DNA from: Candidatus Dojkabacteria bacterium
GTDB lineage: Bacteria; Patescibacteriota; Dojkabacteria; J137
Assembly: GCA_030950485.1 (NCBI GenBank)
Contig: JAUZRK010000013.1
Coordinates: 9,893 to 73,892, forward strand
DNA length: 64,000 nucleotides
Direction of reading: 5' to 3'
Position numbers and translations under genes: made by a program. The notes beneath the pieces were generated by a model that saw only the letters and a program-made list of their open reading frames with translations, did no database searches and was not told the origin of the DNA. Shown piece after piece: positions 59,160 to 64,000 of this stretch (the first letter of the stretch is position 1; each line of letters opens with the position of its first letter).

Positions 59160-60266
59160 TTAAGCTTGTAATGTTTCCCAAACTAAAGAAGAAATTAATT
59201 GGATTTTATACCTAGCATCTTCTTTACTAACTTTTTCATTAAATACGGCAATGACATAGTCGGTTTTAGGCCCATAAATAATTCCAATATCAGCCCAAGC
59301 ATAACCTGGATACGTAGATACGATTCCAGTCTTGTGTGCTATTTCATAATAATATGGTTCTGGTATTCCTACTGGTATGCCAGTCTGTAGTCGCCAATCT
59401 GTGTTCTTTAATAAATAAAGAAAGAAGTCATTACTTTCTTTACTTAAATATTCTTCATAATAAATACCAGCAAAGATTCTTGCAGCATCTTTAGTAGTTA
59501 CGTCATGAGGGTCTCGAAAAAGATGTGTAACACCTAGTTCATCAATAGTTCTTTGATTGCCTATAACAGTACCACCTAATAAATTTTCTAAATGAACAAT
59601 TGCAGTATTATCACTATCTATTATTAAGAATTTCATATACTCTTCAATACTAAACTCTAGTCCTACTTCCCAAGGTCCTAAAACGTTCCCTTCAACTATA
59701 TCTGTATCGAGTAATTCAGATGTAGTCTCCATTGTTAGCTTTCCGCTATCAACATCTCTTAGTGTTAAAAGTCCAATTGGAACTTTAGAAACACTCCCAG
59801 GTGCTAATATTTTATTCTCATTAATACCAATTTGTTGACCCGATTTTAAATCGAGAATATAAACTCCGTAATTATATGAATTCCACCCAAGAATATCTTC
59901 GATACCAGCTTTAAGTTTTTCCTCATCAAATGTATTAGGGATTAAATATATTTCTATTTCAATAGTTTCTAAAGGACTATCTAGAGTATAAATATACTTA
60001 TTTAGTTCTCCTTCAACCTGAGTAACTTGAAATTCACCACCATATGCTTTTTCTAGTTTAATTACTAATTCTTCTAAATCACTTTCATTAATAGTAAAAC
60101 TTAATGTGGTTTTTATTTTTGAAAAGCCTTCTTTTGTATTAGGATTATCATAAACAACACTTTTATTTTGATCTTCAATTTCGGGGTAAATAATAGTTGC
60201 AAAGAGTGTAAGGCTTATACCTAAGAAAGCTAGGATTATAATTATATATATCGATACAAATTTCAT
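59160..60266 (-). CDS. Membrane-anchored class A beta-lactamase-like / PBP serine hydrolase
   Basis: N-terminal TM; SVSK, SDN and HKTG motifs. Confidence 0.85.
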   Translation of the reverse strand: MKFVSIYIIIILAFLGISLTLFATIIYPEIEDQNKSVVYDNPNTKEGFSKIKTTLSFTINESDLEELVIKLEKAYGGEFQVTQVEGELNKYIYTLDSPLETIEIEIYLIPNTFDEEKLKAGIEDILGWNSYNYGVYILDLKSGQQIGINENKILAPGSVSKVPIGLLTLRDVDSGKLTMETTSELLDTDIVEGNVLGPWEVGLEFSIEEYMKFLIIDSDNTAIVHLENLLGGTVIGNQRTIDELGVTHLFRDPHDVTTKDAARIFAGIYYEEYLSKESNDFFLYLLKNTDWRLQTGIPVGIPEPYYYEIAHKTGIVSTYPGYAWADIGIIYGPKTDYVIAVFNEKVSKEDARYKIQLISSLVWETLQA

Positions 60267-60392
60267 TTAATCATATTTAAACAATTATATTTTAGCCTAA
60301 ATATGATCTATTATCATTTAGTGGTAGAATTTTTTTGTTAAAGTGAAAGCAAATTTTGGAATTCAAAAAAGTAAACATAAAAAACTAGAAAT

Positions 60393-60944
60393 ATGAATAA
60401 AACATTCAAAATTCTTATTGTTACAAACTCTCTTATTCTTTTAGCAGGTGCAATGCTTGGGCCAATATACGCAGTCTTTGTTGAAGAGAATGGAGGAGAT
60501 GTTTTAGATGCTAGCTTAATATTTAGTATTTTTACATTAAGTGCCGGAATAACAACAATAGTATCTGGAAGATTAGCTGATAAATTACCTCATCAAAAAT
60601 ACCTGGTTATCTTTGGATATACAGTAATAACACTTGGCTATGTTTGTTATACATTTGTGAACAATATGAATTCTCTAGCAATAGTGCAAATAATTATTGG
60701 ATTTGGAGAAGCGATATATTCCCCAGCATTTGACTCACTTATCTCTAAACATCTAGACAAAGATAAAGAAGGAACAGAGTGGGGGATTTGGGAGGCGAAC
60801 TATTATTTTACAACTGCAATTGGTGCATTCTTAGGAGGTGTGATAGTTAAGGAATTCGGGTTTACAACTTTATTCGTAGTAATGGCTATAGTTTCATCAT
60901 TTTCCGTTGTATTACTTATTAATAAAAAAGTAGATGGAGATTAA
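60393..60944 (+). CDS. Half-size (6-TM) MFS protein
   Basis: Motif A-like SGRLADKLPHQK; only one MFS repeat. Confidence 0.75.
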   Translation: MNKTFKILIVTNSLILLAGAMLGPIYAVFVEENGGDVLDASLIFSIFTLSAGITTIVSGRLADKLPHQKYLVIFGYTVITLGYVCYTFVNNMNSLAIVQIIIGFGEAIYSPAFDSLISKHLDKDKEGTEWGIWEANYYFTTAIGAFLGGVIVKEFGFTTLFVVMAIVSSFSVVLLINKKVDGD

Positions 60945-61182
60945 TAAAGAGATGATTACTTTGATTATTGGTGTTAGCGGTGCAACTATTGTATTAGTAG
61001 CCTTTCTAATGAACCAATTAAATAAATGGACGAATGATAATATTAAATATGACTTTCTAAACTTTCTAGGTAGCCTATTGCTAGTAATCTATGCGTTACT
61101 ACTTGGTTCAGTGCCATTTTTAGTACTTAATACTATTTGGGGAGGGTTTTCACTAATAGATGTAATAAAAAAACTAGTGTAA
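60934..61182 (+). CDS. Small 3-TM protein (CBU_0592-like)
   Basis: G..GA..L.AF...YD.LN.LGS.LL..Y......PF..LN..W pattern. Confidence 0.65.
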   Translation: MEINKEMITLIIGVSGATIVLVAFLMNQLNKWTNDNIKYDFLNFLGSLLLVIYALLLGSVPFLVLNTIWGGFSLIDVIKKLV

Positions 61183-61253
61183 ATTTTTCTACATACTTTT
61201 CAACTTATTTGTATAATGTTTATATTTAGTAATTGGAAAGGTATAATACCTTG

Positions 61254-61823
61254 ATGACTGTTGAAGAAGAACTAAAACTTGTCGAAAAAGCAAAAAAAAA
61301 TATTCAGTATTTTGACAAAATCTACGACTATTACTTTTATAGAATTTTAAAGTTTTGTGTAAATAAAGTATCGAGTTCAGAAATAGCTGAAGATATAACT
61401 TCTCGTGTATTTCTATCTGCAGTAGAAAAAATAATAGACTTTGATACCTCTAAAAATATTAGATTTGGCTCATGGTTGTACAGAAATGCTAATAATAAGA
61501 TTATTGATTATTATAGAAAAAATGCAAGAACTTCTTGGTTTGATATTGAAGATGAATCAGTAGTGCCAGACGAAGAGCAAGATGATCATGAAAAAGAACT
61601 TACTCTTAAATTTAAACAGAAAAAATTATCTCTTGTTATATCTACTTTAAACGCAAGATATCAAAAGATTATTTCATTAAGATTTTATTCAGACTTGGAT
61701 ATTGATGAAATAGCAGAGGAAATGAATCTTAATAATTCAAATGTATCTGTTCTGCTTCATAGAGCATTGAAGGCACTACAGAAAAAATACCTTGAAATGT
61801 ATCCAGATAGTGAAAGTTTTTAA
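61254..61823 (+). CDS. ECF sigma factor
   Basis: AEDITSRVF, FGSWLYR and EIAEEM...VSVLLHRALK motifs. Confidence 0.92.
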   Translation: MTVEEELKLVEKAKKNIQYFDKIYDYYFYRILKFCVNKVSSSEIAEDITSRVFLSAVEKIIDFDTSKNIRFGSWLYRNANNKIIDYYRKNARTSWFDIEDESVVPDEEQDDHEKELTLKFKQKKLSLVISTLNARYQKIISLRFYSDLDIDEIAEEMNLNNSNVSVLLHRALKALQKKYLEMYPDSESF

Positions 61824-61846
61824 GACTAATATCGTTATATATATTG

Positions 61847-63739
61847 ATGGTGGAGAATACTAAAAATCTAGAAAAATTTATTGAAGAGACTAAGGTTAAG
61901 CCAAGTTTCGATCGTTCAGAAATTCTGAAAGAAGAACTAAGAAAGGCTTTACATACTAGGTATCTTGAGGTGACTAGCAAAAATGAAAAAGGGTTTGCTC
62001 TCTACTTATTTAATAAATTTAAGTGGCTAGGTTTTGCTACATCTACATTCTTAATCGCTTTATTTACAATTGCGATTACAACGCCTACTTTAAACAATAA
62101 AAAGGAAGATACTAAATTTGGAGCAGAAATAGCATTTCTTGAAGGAGATCTCGAAGTTAAAAAAGGTGAAGACTGGGTGATAGCAGATATTGATACAAGG
62201 GTTAGTGAGGGTAGTGCTTTTAGGATGAATGGAGAGGGAAGAGCTGTAATAAATATTGATGATGGAAGTTCAGTAAGGTTTATGGATGATTCTTCAGTTA
62301 CATTTCTTTCACTTGATCCAGACGATATAGTTATTCAAAATGATCAAGGAGAAGTTTATACAAGAGTAGTTAAAGCAGATAGAGGATTCTCTGTTAAAGT
62401 AGATACATTTACTTTTAAATCATTAGGAACTGCTTATAAAACAGTAAATAAGAAGGATAAAGTTGGAGTTGAAGTTTATCATAGTAAAGTTGATGTGGTT
62501 AATGATGGGACAGAAAAACAATTAGTTAGAGTTACTGAGGGCAATAAATTTTACGTTGTAGATACTGCAGAACCGAATAATGTAAATCAAGTGGTTGAAT
62601 TAGATAAGGAGGTAATAGCTAAAGATGAATTTGTACAATGGAATAAATCTCAAGACAAAAAAGAATTCAAGAATGAATTAGGGGTATTAGCGGATGAAGA
62701 AAGTACTAAAGAAGTAGATGAAAAAGAAAATAGCGAAAAACAAAATACAGATAATGTAATCGTAGCAGAAAATAATAATAGCGGCGAAAAAGAAACAACT
62801 CCAATAGACAAAAATAATACAAGCACAACAATAAATAGTAATAAGAAATCTTTTACTGACTACAAAGGTGGTGTTAATAAAAATATAATCTCATTAAGTT
62901 GGACACTAAATAATACTGGTATAAATCAAAAAGTAATAGTTAGACAAAAAGATACTCAAAATTTGAATCAAGGTGAGTTCTTTACTATTGAAAAGGGAAA
63001 GTCAAACTATGAATTCCAAGCAAACTACGGAGAAACTTACTATCTAACATTATGTAACTACAGTGAAGCACTAGGTTCATGTATGGAAGTTAGTAATACG
63101 TTAGCATTTGTTGTTCCATTTAAACCATCAATAACACTATCAGTTAGCGAAACTGGTTATGGAGAGTATATCTTCAATTGGGAGACTGTAAATATTATTA
63201 ACTACCAAGGACTTATGCTTGTTAGATCTGATTATGAAGGTGATGTATATGGTTCAGCAACATCTTCCAGCGGGCTAATTAACAAAGAAACTAAGTCATA
63301 TAAGTTAAACTCTAAGGAAGACAAAATAATTTTCTTCAAACTATGTAAGTTTGATGGTTCAATTTGTGATACTTATAGTAATGAAGTGAAAATAACTTCA
63401 CCAGAACCTAAAGTAGATTCTATTAATATTTCTTTAGATGAGTCTGGTTCTACTCTTAATATAAATATTATTGGGCAGGCAGAGGATGGATTAATCTTTT
63501 TAACTTCATCTGCAAATGGAGTTGTATATCCTCCAAGAGACAATAACGATAGTTTTATATTACTAGGTACTACTAACTCAATAAAAGTTGCATCTTTACC
63601 TCTGATAAAAGGATCAAATAAATATTTTATAAGAGTTTGTGAAAATATAAATAGTGCAGCTCCTAAGTGTGGTGTTTACTCAAACGAGGTAGTTCTTAAT
63701 ATAAAAGAAGAAGCAGTACCTGCTCCTACAGGAGAGTAG
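61847..63739 (+). CDS. Putative anti-sigma: TM, FecR domain, linker and three Cys-paired Fn3-like repeats
   Basis: RAVINIDDGSSVRF, GEVYTRV and SLGTAY motifs, plus LTLCNY...C, FKLCKF...CDTYSN and IRVCEN...CGVYSN. Confidence 0.8.
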   Translation: MVENTKNLEKFIEETKVKPSFDRSEILKEELRKALHTRYLEVTSKNEKGFALYLFNKFKWLGFATSTFLIALFTIAITTPTLNNKKEDTKFGAEIAFLEGDLEVKKGEDWVIADIDTRVSEGSAFRMNGEGRAVINIDDGSSVRFMDDSSVTFLSLDPDDIVIQNDQGEVYTRVVKADRGFSVKVDTFTFKSLGTAYKTVNKKDKVGVEVYHSKVDVVNDGTEKQLVRVTEGNKFYVVDTAEPNNVNQVVELDKEVIAKDEFVQWNKSQDKKEFKNELGVLADEESTKEVDEKENSEKQNTDNVIVAENNNSGEKETTPIDKNNTSTTINSNKKSFTDYKGGVNKNIISLSWTLNNTGINQKVIVRQKDTQNLNQGEFFTIEKGKSNYEFQANYGETYYLTLCNYSEALGSCMEVSNTLAFVVPFKPSITLSVSETGYGEYIFNWETVNIINYQGLMLVRSDYEGDVYGSATSSSGLINKETKSYKLNSKEDKIIFFKLCKFDGSICDTYSNEVKITSPEPKVDSINISLDESGSTLNINIIGQAEDGLIFLTSSANGVVYPPRDNNDSFILLGTTNSIKVASLPLIKGSNKYFIRVCENINSAAPKCGVYSNEVVLNIKEEAVPAPTGE

Positions 63740-64000
63740 TTAAATTCTCAATAACATAGATTTGTACAGATCATATATTTCATTTGCAGTTTCTGAAGTA
63801 GTTCTTAGGCTGTTACTTTCTATTACTTCTTCTTGCTCATCTTTTGTAAAAGTTTTTCTAAAAATATCAGTATCTGTTATTTCTGGATTAAATGAAGCAA
63901 CTTTTATTTTTTCTTCTTCAATGTTTAATGCTTTACTAAACGTATTTACAGCAGACTTGCTTACAGAATAAGCAATATAGCCAGCTCCTAATAAGGAATC
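63740..64000 (-). CDS. SDR oxidoreductase, 3' part (enters from the window's right edge)
   Basis: Open frame ...GYIAYSVSKSAVNTFSKAL...KVASFNPEITDTD... containing YxxxK. Confidence 0.75.
   Translation of the reverse strand, partial: DSLLGAGYIAYSVSKSAVNTFSKALNIEEEKIKVASFNPEITDTDIFRKTFTKDEQEEVIESNSLRTTSETANEIYDLYKSMLLRI

Noticed and set aside
59160-60266. Bona fide beta-lactam resistance gene
   Set aside because: It has a membrane anchor, an extra N-terminal domain and no clear Glu166 omega loop, which fits a PBP-like protein better.
2394-63971. Short antisense or overlapping ORFs (2394, 3566, 4260, 4749, 9083, 10663, 10883, 12486, 13159, 13840, 24177, 36686, 39650, 45466, 53381, 55298, 56800, 58814, 59199, 61729, 63762)
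   Set aside because: They lie opposite better-supported genes and have shadow-frame composition.

Overview
AT-rich bacterial chromosome segment, probably from a Patescibacteria/CPR genome. This is inferred from the gene content (many orphan ORFs, TrmB-type regulators, FemX pair plus DegT, isolated pilNO); a Dojkabacteria-like lineage is plausible but cannot be shown here. The window spans the likely replication origin, with a rearranged dnaN <- DnaA boxes / yqeG-like / dnaA -> yidD layout. It also carries holA, ftsK, a superoxide dismutase, MscS, a class II photolyase, a UDG-family protein and a divergent MurA-like enzyme. No rRNA, tRNA, CRISPR array, integrase or transposase was seen. Points of interest: (1) two paralogous ECF sigma + membrane FecR/Cys-Fn3 anti-sigma modules with no TonB receptor, one bracketed by a 71-bp duplication of the upstream gene's 3' end; (2) four TrmB-like regulators, each divergent from a target gene and each with its own candidate operator palindrome; (3) about 15 reading-frame lesions, over-represented in regulators and absent from 18-39 kb; (4) two sensor-less histidine-kinase-like proteins among acidic-leader orphans; (5) several apparent pseudo-enzymes; (6) a methyltransferase with a nested alpha/beta hydrolase; (7) several classes of miniature palindromic and heptamer repeats, one inserted in-frame in a coding sequence. 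All calls come from reading motifs by eye; no database search was run.
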